Assembly (NCBI GenBank): GCA_040398075.1
Contig: JBBAUR010000006.1
Coordinates: 22,318-86,317 of the forward strand
DNA: 64,000 nucleotides
Direction: 5' to 3'
Source of the DNA: Bdellovibrionota bacterium
GTDB taxonomy: Bacteria; Bdellovibrionota_C; UBA2361; OMII01
Shown here: piece by piece, positions 10,059-19,845 of the stretch
How the letters are laid out: each line of letters begins with the position of its first letter
Position numbering within the stretch: position 1 is the first letter of the stretch
Notes under the pieces: model-generated
Databases searched by the model: none
What the model was told of the DNA's origin: nothing
What the model saw: only the letters and a program-made list of their open reading frames with translations
Translations under genes and position numbers: made by a program

Positions 10059-11309
10059 ATGAAATGTCTAAAGTGTCCCGACGACGCCCTTCCCAACAAG
10101 GCCCTGTGCGCAGCTTGTTACGTGAAGCACGAGCGCCAGCAGTCGTATCAAAACAGTGACGAGTGGCTCAACCGAACCCTTGATACGACTCGAGACCTTT
10201 TCAAGCAAAAGGGAGAATCTTTCTCTGGGCAACGCACGAAGCGGATCATGCTCCTGGTGGCCATCTTCGGCCTGCTCTTACTAGCGATTGTGTATTACAT
10301 CTCGACCCTCAATTTATACGATTTACCGTGGAGGTACCGCCCCGAGGCGCAAAACCACACGGAACCGCTCGACAGCACAGACGTTCCGGTAGCTGCTCCG
10401 GTAGTCCCGACCATAGATCCCGAAAGCCGTACAGTCTGGGTGGGCAACTCTCCTGGTTCGGTACCCCTACTCCTCGAAGCGCTTGAGTTGGTGAGGCGCC
10501 AGGTGCGTGAGCCTGACCTGAGGTGGACCATAAGACTAGAGCCTGGAGAGCACCGGATTGCAGGATCCATCGTTATACCGAGCTACTCGAGCGTCAAGGG
10601 TGCGGGTCAGCTTCAAAGTGCGATCGTGGGGCAGAGTAGTGGGACGGATTTTAACGATAACGAAGCGGCCCTCATCGTTCTTGCACGGGGTTCTGGGATC
10701 GAACAGGTCTCGGTTGAAAATGAAGCTTCCGGGAGCACTACTGTAGTGCTACGCTGCTCGGCCGCTGCGCTAGCAAATTCAGCGACACCAGGCGATACGC
10801 TAAACCTCGTCCGTGGTGTCTCGATCCGCAGCCAGAATCCATCTGAACGCTCCTACGGGATCGTCAACGACGGTTGCGATTTGAAGCTCGAGCAGGTCAA
10901 TGTTACTACCGGACAAGCTAGCACCAGTAGTCAGGCCCTACTTTCGATGGGCGACACTGCTCAGGTATCAATCACCGATTCCTCCCTGGTTGCCGAGGAT
11001 GAAAAGGGAGCATGCACAGCCCAAACGACAGCGGGATGCGTCGGTCTAACCGTGCTGCGGGGCACAGTAAGCGTTGTTAATTCAAAGATTCGGGGAGCAT
11101 CGCAAGGAGCTACCGTTCTCGATGGCACTCTTCAGCTGATTAATTCGGAGATTACCGCGCCGGGGAGGGGCGTAACGCTCATACAGAGCGGCGCCCTCTT
11201 TGCGGAGAGCTCCAAGATAAGTTCCGTAAGCAATGCATCGAGCGCACAGGTTGTTTGCAAGGAGACCCTCAGACCGGACGGCACTCCTTATGCTGGAGAC
11301 TGCTCGTAA
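10059..11309 (+). CDS. Hypothetical membrane-anchored protein with an N-terminal zinc ribbon, one TM helix and a Ser/Thr/Gly-rich, beta-helix-like C-terminal region
   Basis: Start at MKCLKCPDD...CAACYVKHE (CxxC...CxxC). TM helix IMLLVAIFGLLLLAIVYYI. Repetitive G/S/T/V-rich tail. The track ORF starts further upstream at 9924 and overlaps comF. Confidence 0.5.
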   Translation: MKCLKCPDDALPNKALCAACYVKHERQQSYQNSDEWLNRTLDTTRDLFKQKGESFSGQRTKRIMLLVAIFGLLLLAIVYYISTLNLYDLPWRYRPEAQNHTEPLDSTDVPVAAPVVPTIDPESRTVWVGNSPGSVPLLLEALELVRRQVREPDLRWTIRLEPGEHRIAGSIVIPSYSSVKGAGQLQSAIVGQSSGTDFNDNEAALIVLARGSGIEQVSVENEASGSTTVVLRCSAAALANSATPGDTLNLVRGVSIRSQNPSERSYGIVNDGCDLKLEQVNVTTGQASTSSQALLSMGDTAQVSITDSSLVAEDEKGACTAQTTAGCVGLTVLRGTVSVVNSKIRGASQGATVLDGTLQLINSEITAPGRGVTLIQSGALFAESSKISSVSNASSAQVVCKETLRPDGTPYAGDCS

Positions 11310-11385
11310 CGCACCGCATGCCTGGTGTACCCCACCTGATACGGATCCAGTGTACTCGCTATCTGAACCGGGGTATGAGTAGGCG

Positions 11386-12267
11386 ATGAGTATCGAACGA
11401 CCAGAGTCATCCAATCACGGGGCCGGTAAGGCTCTCGAACACCTCCTCTCTATAGTGGCAAAGCTGCGTGACCCTCGAGGCGGTTGTCCATGGGACCTCA
11501 AACAGACCTTTGACACCCTAGCTCCACTCTTGCTCGATGAGAGCTACGAGGTAGCCGATGCCATCAAGGAGGGTGATGCAGAGCTATGTGAAGAGCTCGG
11601 GGATCTTCTGTCGATCATAGCTCTGTTCTCTCAAATTGCCACGGAGCAGAAGCGCTTCTCACTTGAGGCGGTTATACGCGGGATAGCCGACAAGCTAGTT
11701 CGGCGACACCCGCACGTCTTCGGAGATGTCAAGGTGTCTGGGACCGAGGACGTATTGAGGAATTGGGAAGCTATCAAGCAACAGGAGAGACGCGATGCTC
11801 AGAAGGAAAATAAGGGCCTTCTCGATGGGCTGCCGCGTTCTATGCCGGCACTACATCGATCACACCAGATTGGCGAACGCTGCGCCACGATCAGGTTCGA
11901 TTGGGATTCCAAGGATGATGTAGCCACTAAGGTTCGAGAGGAGTTGGACGAATTCCTGTTCGAGGTATCGCAGAAGACCGAATCCGGTTCGAGCAACACA
12001 TCAAAACAGAAAGCTACAGAACGCACCTTTGAAGAGTTTGGAGACCTCCTCTTTTCGCTGGCCCAGTACGGAAGGCACCTGGGGTTTAACGCCGAGGAAG
12101 CATTAATCGCGGCCAACAACAAATTTATCAAACGATTCAAAATGATTGAATACCTTGCGGAGCGCGATCTGGGTAACACAACCCTGCAAGGTATCCCCCG
12201 GGAAACGCTCGAAGAGTTGTGGCAGCGTGCGAAAAAGCTCTTGGATGATTTGGCTTTCAAGGAATAG
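11386..12267 (+). CDS. mazG: Nucleoside triphosphate pyrophosphohydrolase MazG
   Basis: Two MazG-type EExGEL motifs (DESYEVADAIKEGD..CEELGDLL and a second in the C-terminal half) and RRHPHVFGD. Confidence 0.85.
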   Translation: MSIERPESSNHGAGKALEHLLSIVAKLRDPRGGCPWDLKQTFDTLAPLLLDESYEVADAIKEGDAELCEELGDLLSIIALFSQIATEQKRFSLEAVIRGIADKLVRRHPHVFGDVKVSGTEDVLRNWEAIKQQERRDAQKENKGLLDGLPRSMPALHRSHQIGERCATIRFDWDSKDDVATKVREELDEFLFEVSQKTESGSSNTSKQKATERTFEEFGDLLFSLAQYGRHLGFNAEEALIAANNKFIKRFKMIEYLAERDLGNTTLQGIPRETLEELWQRAKKLLDDLAFKE

Positions 12268-12404
12268 TTCGCTACAGTCTAGCACCGCTCATGGCGGAGA
12301 TAGAAAGCCGTAGGTTTTATTTCCTCGCCCGGATCTCTCAAAGGAAGGATACCATGGTGGTATCCGATGATGAGGTCTGAACACTAGCCAGCAGGAGGCA
12401 CAAA

Positions 12405-12596
12405 ATGCTGGTACTAAGCAGACACCGAGACGAAAGCATCGTTATCGGGGGTTCGATTATTGTGACGGTGATCGATATCCGAGGCGACAAGGTTCGCCTC
12501 GGTATAGTCGCCCCTAAGGAGATTCCCGTTCATCGCCAAGAGGTACATGAGGCGATACAACGGGAAAATCAAAAAAAGCCACCGCGCAGGGAATAG
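12405..12596 (+). CDS. csrA: Carbon storage regulator CsrA
   Basis: MLVLSRHRDESIVIGG.I.VTVIDIRGDKVRLGIVAPKEIPVHRQEV matches the CsrA consensus. Strong SD aggagg lies 8 nt upstream. Confidence 0.9.
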   Translation: MLVLSRHRDESIVIGGSIIVTVIDIRGDKVRLGIVAPKEIPVHRQEVHEAIQRENQKKPPRRE

Positions 12597-12928
12597 TGCG
12601 AGAGGCTCGTGTGAGGATGGGGATGCAAAGGGAAACCTCTGCATCCCCCACACCTCCTCCCTTCTGTGTTAATAGTTTTTTCTTCGGTTCAGCATGGCCT
12701 TCATATCTCCGCAACTCTTATTCCCCTCACGTTTGCCGCATTTTCTCAACTAAGAAGAGGTATTTAGCTCTGCTCCTTGTCGCCCAAACAACACTGGGGT
12801 AAACTGTCTCTTTCGGTTTCGCAGTGAGATGTTTCCGCCTATTGCGCCGCCGATTTCGAAATTGTTGTTTAGGTGGTCGATTTCATTCGGCGCCTCAGAA
12901 TTCAACGTCAAGAGAAGCTATAGAGACC

Positions 12929-14227
12929 ATGAAAACTGACCTCATTGATTACAAAGTCGCCGACATCTCCCTCGCTGAGTGGGGACGCAAAGAAATTGAG
13001 ATCGCCGAGAAGGAGATGCCAGGATTAATGGCTCTCCGTGAGGAGTACGGCAAGCAAAAGCCGCTCAAAGGCGCCCGGATTGCGGGATGTCTACACATGA
13101 CGATTCAGACGGCTGTACTGATCGAGACGCTGGTCGAGCTCGGAGCTGAGGTGCGTTGGTCGAGCTGCAACATCTACTCGACCCAAGACCATGCTGCCTC
13201 TGCTATTGCGAAGGCTGGAATCCCGGTTTTCGCTTGGAAGGGAGAGACACTCGAGGAGTATGATTGGTGCATCGAGAAGACGATCTTCTTCGGAGACAAG
13301 GGGCCCAACATGATACTCGACGACGGGGGAGACCTTACCAAGGTGATACACGAGAAGTACCCCGATCTTCTCAGTGACATTTACGGAATCTCCGAGGAGA
13401 CCACCACCGGTGTACACCGCTTGTACGAGATGCTCAAGGTAGGGGCTCTCAAGGTACCGGCCTTCAACGTCAACGACTCGGTAACCAAGTCGAAGTTCGA
13501 CAATCTTTACGGCTGTCGTGAGTCGCTCGCAGACGGGATAAAGCGCGCTACCGATGTCATGGTAGCAGGAAAGGTCGTCCTGGTAGCGGGGTACGGCGAC
13601 GTTGGCAAGGGTTGCGCTCATTCAATGAAGTCACTGGGTGCCCGTGTACTTGTGACAGAGATCGATCCGATCTGCGCTCTACAAGCTGCAATGGAGGGGT
13701 ACCAAGTCGTAACGATGGAGACGGCAGCTCCTCAAGCTGATATCTTCGTGACTGCCACGGGCAACGTCAATGTCATCAACGAGAAGCACTTCGCGAAGAT
13801 GAAGGACGAGGCGATCCTCTGTAATATCGGTCACTTCGACAACGAGATTGATGTGGCCTGGTTGGAAAACAACACCAAGGAGATGAACATCAAGCCGCAG
13901 GTAGATAAGTTCATCTTCAAGGATGGGCGCGCTATCGTCCTCCTGGCTCGTGGCCGTCTCGTTAACCTCGGATGTGCAACCGGCCATCCGAGTTTCGTCA
14001 TGTCGACCTCGTTCACCAACCAGGTTTTGGCACAGATTGAGCTCTTCACGAAGCGCGGGGAGTACTCAGTCGGTGTGTACGTATTGCCAAAGGTGCTTGA
14101 TGAGAAGGTAGCTCGTCTTCACATCAGAAAGCTCGGCGTTGAACTAACTGAGTTGACGCCCGAGCAGGCTAAGTACCTTAGCGTATCTCAGCAAGGGCCT
14201 TACAAGCCGGAGCACTACCGATACTAG
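12929..14227 (+). CDS. ahcY: Adenosylhomocysteinase
   Basis: [37 protein letters not shown]...NAD-binding [10 protein letters not shown] is canonical SAH hydrolase. Start set at the Met that follows the spurious 35-aa leader of the track ORF. Confidence 0.95.
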   Translation: MKTDLIDYKVADISLAEWGRKEIEIAEKEMPGLMALREEYGKQKPLKGARIAGCLHMTIQTAVLIETLVELGAEVRWSSCNIYSTQDHAASAIAKAGIPVFAWKGETLEEYDWCIEKTIFFGDKGPNMILDDGGDLTKVIHEKYPDLLSDIYGISEETTTGVHRLYEMLKVGALKVPAFNVNDSVTKSKFDNLYGCRESLADGIKRATDVMVAGKVVLVAGYGDVGKGCAHSMKSLGARVLVTEIDPICALQAAMEGYQVVTMETAAPQADIFVTATGNVNVINEKHFAKMKDEAILCNIGHFDNEIDVAWLENNTKEMNIKPQVDKFIFKDGRAIVLLARGRLVNLGCATGHPSFVMSTSFTNQVLAQIELFTKRGEYSVGVYVLPKVLDEKVARLHIRKLGVELTELTPEQAKYLSVSQQGPYKPEHYRY

Positions 14228-14229
14228 AA

Positions 14230-14425
14230 GGTATTGTCGCAACTCGGACCGCGGAACTGTCTCTCCGCTTGCTGCTTGCGTCGTGATGCTAGCAGCAAGC
14301 GGACTGGAAAGTCCGTGGTCCGGTTGATGACTCCGCTCCTTGGACCGCGGAGCTTCCGCTCCGCCAGCTAATAGCATCACAACCCAGGCAGCAAACGGAC
14401 TTGAAAGTCCTCGACCCACGGGCTA
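14230..14425. repeat. Tandem pair of structured repeat units of about 80 bp between convergent genes
   Basis: Two diverged units each open with ggaccgcgga and contain gcagcaa(g/a)cggact(g/t)gaaagtcc. Unit A has a perfect 12-bp IR ccgcttgctgct/agcagcaagcgg and both have a ggactNgaaagtcc hairpin. Closing stem ggaccgcgg/ccgtggtcc. Confidence 0.5.
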
Positions 14426-14440
14426 TCCGGTCGCTATTTC

Positions 14441-15517
14441 TTAATCCCCATCACGGAGCCAAACATAGAGATCCGAAATCGGTTGAGTCGCAGACCCATT
14501 TTTCAAGCCGTACGATGTAGCCGGATCTCCCGTTTCATACATCTGGTAATAGTAAAACCGCTCAATAGCCGGTATGCGCTCCGATAGAAACGGCCACGTT
14601 TGCTCGACATACTTCAGCTGCTCGGTTACTCCTTGGGCGCCCGACTCCGTCACCCATATTCGATTCCCCATCGAACCCAAAAAGTCTTGAACGCCACCGT
14701 TTCTCACAACATTTTCGTACTGTCTGCCATAGTAGTGAATCGCAAAAACATCGATAAAGTTGAGCACTCCGTTGTCTCTCAGGGCTCGGTTATAATCGAG
14801 GGTACTCGGGTAATTTTGATTGATGGCCGTGGTAGCTGCGTTGAGGACTAATTTGCCGGGGGCGATTCGTTTAATGGCAGCGTGTGATTGCGCCAACAGT
14901 TCAAGATAGTTGACAGCATTCGTATCGAGTTCGAGCACGCTGTTGTCGAAACGACCAGCGGCGTTGGGTTCGTTCCATATCTGAAAGCCAACAACCCGCG
15001 GATTGGCAGCATATCGCGTAACTATCGGCTCTACCCAGCGCTTTACGAAGGTCGTACGTGGATTTCCATCAACCCATGCAGCAGGATTTGCCATCCACCG
15101 CGGTACATCGGTGAGAATAATCAGCACGTCGACACCATTGGGAGCACCCTCGACTATCGCGTCGTAAAACGAGAGGTTCTGCGCTCCCGCAGCACTTCCC
15201 TGAACAGCATCATTCCACGCAAGAAGAGCACGAATGTGTTTAATGCCCAATGTTTGACGAATCTCGGCATACTGGGTCGATATGGCACCGAAACTTCTTT
15301 CATTGAAAAACGCATTCACTCCCAGCTTTGTGCGGTCAATATCTTTACGAGGGACGCCGTCTGAAATGTCTATGGCATCTCTGGCCTGATTGACGACATC
15401 GGAGTTACACCCCGTCACAAGAACAGCCGTGAATATGAGAGAGCACGTCACGCTTGCTACGATCTTTCGTGCCGCGGAGCATTTCCAGGCAGTCTCGAAT
15501 TGTGATCTCGTGGTCAT
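14441..15517 (-). CDS. Glycoside hydrolase family 5-like lipoprotein
   Basis: GH5 catalytic motifs IWNEPN and VTESG. Lipobox AVLVTGC after the signal peptide. Start set at MTTRSQ. Confidence 0.65.
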   Translation of the reverse strand: MTTRSQFETAWKCSAARKIVASVTCSLIFTAVLVTGCNSDVVNQARDAIDISDGVPRKDIDRTKLGVNAFFNERSFGAISTQYAEIRQTLGIKHIRALLAWNDAVQGSAAGAQNLSFYDAIVEGAPNGVDVLIILTDVPRWMANPAAWVDGNPRTTFVKRWVEPIVTRYAANPRVVGFQIWNEPNAAGRFDNSVLELDTNAVNYLELLAQSHAAIKRIAPGKLVLNAATTAINQNYPSTLDYNRALRDNGVLNFIDVFAIHYYGRQYENVVRNGGVQDFLGSMGNRIWVTESGAQGVTEQLKYVEQTWPFLSERIPAIERFYYYQMYETGDPATSYGLKNGSATQPISDLYVWLRDGD

Positions 15518-15536
15518 TCCAACCAGCCTCCGTGTC

Positions 15537-17024
15537 TTACTTTGCTTCCAAATCCCGCTGCAAAAGCTCATTTAAACCATCAAATGACCCGTTTGACATC
15601 ACCACTACCACCTCACGTGGAGCAGCGTGCTGAGGTGCATAGGTCACTGAAGCCCAGAGGCGCTCTCGTATGGCGTGGACATCGGGTAGCGTTACACTCT
15701 CAACCCCCGCTCGCGCGATGTCTGTGCTCAGCGTGGAAACATTTATCAACTCGAGACCCTGATCGATCGTACGGGCAGTCACATCTTTGAGGATTACGAG
15801 ATCTGCACGTTTGAAGGCCGAGATGTACTCCTCTTGAAAAACCTTTCGACGACTCGTGTGGGACCGCGGCTCGAAGATGGCAGTGATGCGGGCCGCGGGG
15901 AAGGCCTCCTTGACTGCATCGAGCGTCTCTCGGACTGCTGTCGGATGATGCGCGAAGTCCTCAATCAAGACGATCCCTCCACGCTGCGCACGCACCTCCT
16001 GCCGACGCTTAACAGGTTTAAACTCGCCCAAAAATTCAAGTGTTTTCGGTAGAGCTAAGTTTGCTATCATCGATACGACCAGCGCAGCAAGTGCGTTGCG
16101 TGCGTTGTATTCTCCAACCATTGGAATCAGGAAGGTGAGCTCTCCGAGCGCTCCGTTATAGACCGTGATCTCCTGTGAGAAGCCCTCAGGCTTACGGGCT
16201 ACGATTCGATATTCAGCGTCTTGATCAGAGCCAAAAGTGATGATGCGACACGCAGCCGCTGTCCTCCACTCTCCCACAAGCCGTTTCACGCGTGGGAAAT
16301 CTATACAGCATACCGCCGTCCCCTGAGATCCGAGCCCCAGTACCAGTTTGGTAAACTCCTGCTCAATCGCTTCGACATTTGCATATATGTCGGCATGATC
16401 GAACTCGATTGCATTCACCACAACGGTGTCCGGAGTGTAAAAAGAGAATTTAGGGACCTTTGCAAAGAAGGCGCTGTCGTACTCATCCCCTTCAACTACT
16501 GAGAAGCTACCGCTTCCAACCGCGAGGCTCTGGGGCAGACTTTGGGCTACTCCCCCGACAAAGTACGAAGGGGAGGTTTCGTGCTGAAGAAGCAGGGACG
16601 CGATAAGAGCGGTTGTAGTAGACTTTCCATGTGTACCTGATACCACGATTGAGTGTTTTCCCGCGATCGCAACCTCTTGCAGGATTTTTGGGAAGCAGGT
16701 GTAGGGCAAGTTGTGCCGCTCAATAACATCCACCTCCGGATTGCCGTAACTGACTGCGTTTCCGATCACCACAAGACCTGCATCCAAGGGCACATGCTCC
16801 TCGAGGTAGCCGGTTCTGGTTTCCACCGGTGAACCTGCAAGCAGTGTTCGCATCGGTTCGTAGAACTCTTTGTCACTACCAGATACCCTATATCCACGCT
16901 CTGCTAACGAAACCGCAAGCTGCGCCATCGCAACCCCACACACACCGATGACATGAATTTTCGAGCCTGGCTTAAGGGTATGAAGACTCGTAGTACGAGA
17001 GACTGCAAAGAAATCCTTGGGCAT
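15537..17024 (-). CDS. mpl: UDP-N-acetylmuramate:L-alanyl-gamma-D-glutamyl-meso-diaminopimelate ligase
   Basis: KIHVIGVCGVAMAQLA N-terminus and the Mur ligase ATP-binding GTHGKSTTT motif. Adjacent to apaG. Confidence 0.85.
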   Translation of the reverse strand: MPKDFFAVSRTTSLHTLKPGSKIHVIGVCGVAMAQLAVSLAERGYRVSGSDKEFYEPMRTLLAGSPVETRTGYLEEHVPLDAGLVVIGNAVSYGNPEVDVIERHNLPYTCFPKILQEVAIAGKHSIVVSGTHGKSTTTALIASLLLQHETSPSYFVGGVAQSLPQSLAVGSGSFSVVEGDEYDSAFFAKVPKFSFYTPDTVVVNAIEFDHADIYANVEAIEQEFTKLVLGLGSQGTAVCCIDFPRVKRLVGEWRTAAACRIITFGSDQDAEYRIVARKPEGFSQEITVYNGALGELTFLIPMVGEYNARNALAALVVSMIANLALPKTLEFLGEFKPVKRRQEVRAQRGGIVLIEDFAHHPTAVRETLDAVKEAFPAARITAIFEPRSHTSRRKVFQEEYISAFKRADLVILKDVTARTIDQGLELINVSTLSTDIARAGVESVTLPDVHAIRERLWASVTYAPQHAAPREVVVVMSNGSFDGLNELLQRDLEAK

Positions 17025-17035
17025 GAGGTTTTGTC

Positions 17036-17425
17036 CTAATTAAAAGAGTTGGGGTAAAGCAGCCGGAAGCGCGGGATCTGGACAACAAAGAAGTCTCCCG
17101 TTCCTCTACGAAAGACATAGGAGCCCTTCATTGCCCCAATAGGGTCACGTATGACGCAGCTACTTGTATACTGAAAGCTCTTCTCCGGTTCGACGATCGG
17201 CTGAAGACCAATAACACCAGGGCCGACCACCTCACCGATCTGTTCGTCAGCAGACTCAATCATCCAGTGCCGTTCCATGAGTTGGACACTATGGTTCGAG
17301 TGATTTTCGATCGTGACTGTGTATGCGAATACGAACTGGCTCTCCTCTGGCCGAGAGTCTTCGGTCAAAGGAGTCGGCTGGACAGAAACGGTAATATGCG
17401 CCGTAGTCTCGGTGAACGTTGCCAT
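17036..17425 (-). CDS. apaG: ApaG domain protein (DUF525)
   Basis: 129 aa; ITVSVQP...FVFAYTVTIENHS...HW.I...G..VVG.GV.G.QP pattern typical of ApaG. Confidence 0.8.
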   Translation of the reverse strand: MATFTETTAHITVSVQPTPLTEDSRPEESQFVFAYTVTIENHSNHSVQLMERHWMIESADEQIGEVVGPGVIGLQPIVEPEKSFQYTSSCVIRDPIGAMKGSYVFRRGTGDFFVVQIPRFRLLYPNSFN

Positions 17426-17726
17426 CGCCGATCAGTCTAGCTGAGGACGTGGGCACAGGGAAGTCAGAAGTGAGTACGAGTGACGCCCCCAAGGCTTGCT
17501 GGGTCGGGCGAAATTAGCCTTGAACGAGCTGTCTATCAGTCCCGTGGAGTTCTCATTCATTTTTTTCAAAAATGAATCAGGTTGGGGTTCTGATACCACC
17601 GGAAGTGCGGTATCACCCTGCTTTACCACCGATTTCGAGGGCCAGTCCCTCCTGCTGGCCACTGATTTAAGCGCCAATTCGATACGGCGGGCTCTATCGC
17701 ACTTCTCTGGATTCGCATCACTACTC

Positions 17727-18728
17727 ATGTTACCCAGTATTACCATGTCACCGATACCGCCTCTCTGCTCCACCCTAGCTCCACTTCGGAACTTCAGGCA
17801 GGAATTGGATCTATACCCCGTAGCACAGCAGACCCGGGCAGCCTTACAACGCATTGTGAGGTCACAACACTGGCGCACCTGTCGCGAGCTCCTGCGCCAG
17901 GTTGTCGCAACACCCCTAGCTACCAATACGATAGAGCTCTGCGCGGATACCGTCAGAATCTCTTCAAGTATCAAACTGTCCCAGGAAGCTCTCGATGCTC
18001 TGGTGAAAGCTTTGAGTCCATGGCGAATCGGGCCGTTCGACGTGCACGGATGTACAATCGATTCAGAGTGGCGCTCCTTTATAAAATGGAGGCGGATTGA
18101 GCCGCTGCTCGAGCTTGCGCCCGACTTGAGGATCGCGGACGTGGGATGCAGCAACGGTTACTTTCTATTCAAGCTACTGCATCACTCACCATCAATTGCT
18201 GTTGGCTTTGATCCGATTGAGCGCTGTTGGCTTCAGTTCGCATTGTTGAACGCACTCGCCCGACATCCCAGTCTCGCCTTCATTCCAGCAGGGATATCCT
18301 CTCTGAGAGCATTCCCTTCTTTCTTCGACCGGATTCTCTGCATGGGCGTTATCTATCACCAACGAGACCCCTTCCAGGTCGTACGTAGTCTCTATAACGC
18401 CACACGCCCAGGTGGCACAGTCCTCCTTGAAAGCCTCGTGGTCGATCGAGACGGCCCTTATCTCCTCGTGCCAGACAAACGCTATGCAAAGATGAGGAAC
18501 GCTTGGGTTATACCAACAGCAGATGCTCTTGCAGCTCTCATGCAGCGGGCCGGCTTCAAGGAGATTTCAATCCATCGCTTTGGTCCAATCACCACCGAAG
18601 AGCAAAGACGGACGGCTCATGCCCCCTTTGAAAGCTTGGCAGAGTTCCTTGACCCGGAGGATCCGAGCCGCACCGTAGAAGGCTACCCAGCACCTCACAG
18701 CGCTGCCGTGGTAGCCGTGCGCGCGTGA
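17727..18728 (+). CDS. cmoB: tRNA U34 carboxymethyltransferase CmoB
   Basis: LSPWRIGPFDVHGCTIDSEWRSFIKWRRIEP...DVGCSNGYF...MGVIYHQRDP...VPDKRYAKMRNAWVIP...TVEGYPAP aligns along the length of E. coli CmoB. The first 77 codons of the track ORF are non-protein-like, so the start is set at MLPSITM. Confidence 0.8.
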   Translation: MLPSITMSPIPPLCSTLAPLRNFRQELDLYPVAQQTRAALQRIVRSQHWRTCRELLRQVVATPLATNTIELCADTVRISSSIKLSQEALDALVKALSPWRIGPFDVHGCTIDSEWRSFIKWRRIEPLLELAPDLRIADVGCSNGYFLFKLLHHSPSIAVGFDPIERCWLQFALLNALARHPSLAFIPAGISSLRAFPSFFDRILCMGVIYHQRDPFQVVRSLYNATRPGGTVLLESLVVDRDGPYLLVPDKRYAKMRNAWVIPTADALAALMQRAGFKEISIHRFGPITTEEQRRTAHAPFESLAEFLDPEDPSRTVEGYPAPHSAAVVAVRA

Positions 18729-18825
18729 CTTCATAAACCAACTCCTATTCAGGTCGATGTACGACTATCAAGGTGGGATATGTTGAGTATCACCCACTCG
18801 AAGGCGAGGCTCCTCGTATGGAAAC

Positions 18826-19713
18826 CTACCGATAATCAGAACCGATCAAAAGCTCTTCGATTGAGATCTCCAATGCGCGCGCCAGCTTTGCGATCGCTCC
18901 GATGCTGATGTTTTGCTTACCGTGCTCGACGGCGCTTATGTAGGCGCGATCAAGATCAGAGGATTGCGCCAACTCTTGCTGGCTCATCCCTTTGAGTTTT
19001 CGGTGCTCGTGTACCGAGTGTCCTAATTTACGCAGAAACACTGCTAAGGCGTTTTCTGCGTCGAGCACTCCACACAGGTGTCGCGCTATGTTGACTGCCT
19101 CGTGAGGATCACGCGCAAAACCATCAGCTTCTACCTCTTTGACGAGCTCGAGGTTAGTGAGAAAAGCGGCTCCTCCTACTATGACCCTGGGTCCAGCCGG
19201 AATATTGCGCAGCTCTGCGATTAATTTCCGAACGGTCGGGAGGAGAGATGGAAGGGAAACAGATACACACACCAAATGACAGCCCTTGGCCTTAGCAAAA
19301 GGCACTAGGTGGTCGGTTGGAATATCGGCCCCAAGAAAGTCAACTTCCCATCCATCCACTACGAGAAAATCAGCCACCGCTTGTGCTCCGATGAAGTGCT
19401 GATCTCCTTCGACCGAACATACAAGCGCCTTGAGACCCAGCTTCAAGCGAGTCTTGAGCATTCCACGTAGGCGCGCCATCTGTCGTAGTGTGATCTGAGT
19501 AGCTATGTGCTCTTCAGGAATGGTGAGATCTCCTCGATGCCACCTTGCCCCTATTTCTACCTGAGATGGCATAAGCACATCGAGATATAGCCGCGAGGGA
19601 ACGATCCCTCCTGCTAATCCCTGGTCGATGACACGCGCAGCTTTCTCTCCATCGCCTTCCAACACGGCTGTGGTATATCCGTCTCGCAGCTTCGTAATGA
19701 TCTCATTTGGCAT
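18826..19713 (-). CDS. Cobalamin (B12)-binding domain transcriptional regulator with a C-terminal XRE-type HTH
   Basis: MetH-like B12-binding module with DxHxxG (VEGDQHFIGAQAVADFL) and a Rossmann core (VIVGGAAF). C-terminal HTH MSQQELAQSSDLDRAYISAVEHGKQNISIGAIAKLARAL. Start is uncertain; the track ORF extends to 19791. Confidence 0.65.
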   Translation of the reverse strand: MPNEIITKLRDGYTTAVLEGDGEKAARVIDQGLAGGIVPSRLYLDVLMPSQVEIGARWHRGDLTIPEEHIATQITLRQMARLRGMLKTRLKLGLKALVCSVEGDQHFIGAQAVADFLVVDGWEVDFLGADIPTDHLVPFAKAKGCHLVCVSVSLPSLLPTVRKLIAELRNIPAGPRVIVGGAAFLTNLELVKEVEADGFARDPHEAVNIARHLCGVLDAENALAVFLRKLGHSVHEHRKLKGMSQQELAQSSDLDRAYISAVEHGKQNISIGAIAKLARALEISIEELLIGSDYR

Positions 19714-19845
19714 ATACTTACCCAGCCCAGCCTTTGTATAGCATTTACTCAACAGCATGCTATCACATGAGGAGTTAATACAGCAACACAATCCTAGCTG
19801 GGCGAACTGGGCTACGCTGAGAAGAGATCGAGGAATATCAGCGAT

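Noticed and set aside
11799-12260. 153-aa minus-strand ORF inside mazG
   Set aside because: Antisense shadow; Ser/Arg-rich.
12597-12928. SAH riboswitch upstream of ahcY
   Set aside because: I looked for the conserved SAH-riboswitch core (the GAGGAGCGC...CAGGCUCGG type) and did not find it; only a generic hairpin and repeats. Kept as a low-interest finding rather than a feature.
13091-13621. 176-aa minus-strand ORF inside ahcY
   Set aside because: Antisense shadow of a near-universally conserved enzyme gene.
14230-14425. tRNA-like or attC-like interpretation of the 76-80-nt structured units
   Set aside because: No T-loop GTTCRA, no D-loop, no R/L core sites (GTTRRRY) of integron attC; better explained as REP/BIME-like repeats.
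14888-15364. 158-aa plus-strand ORF inside the GH5 gene
   Set aside because: Antisense to the ORF carrying the NEP/TESG glycosidase motifs.
17432-18154. 240-aa minus-strand ORF overlapping the cmoB 5' region
   Set aside because: Translation is Ser/Arg-rich with no recognisable domains, and the opposite strand encodes a strongly conserved CmoB; antisense shadow ORF.
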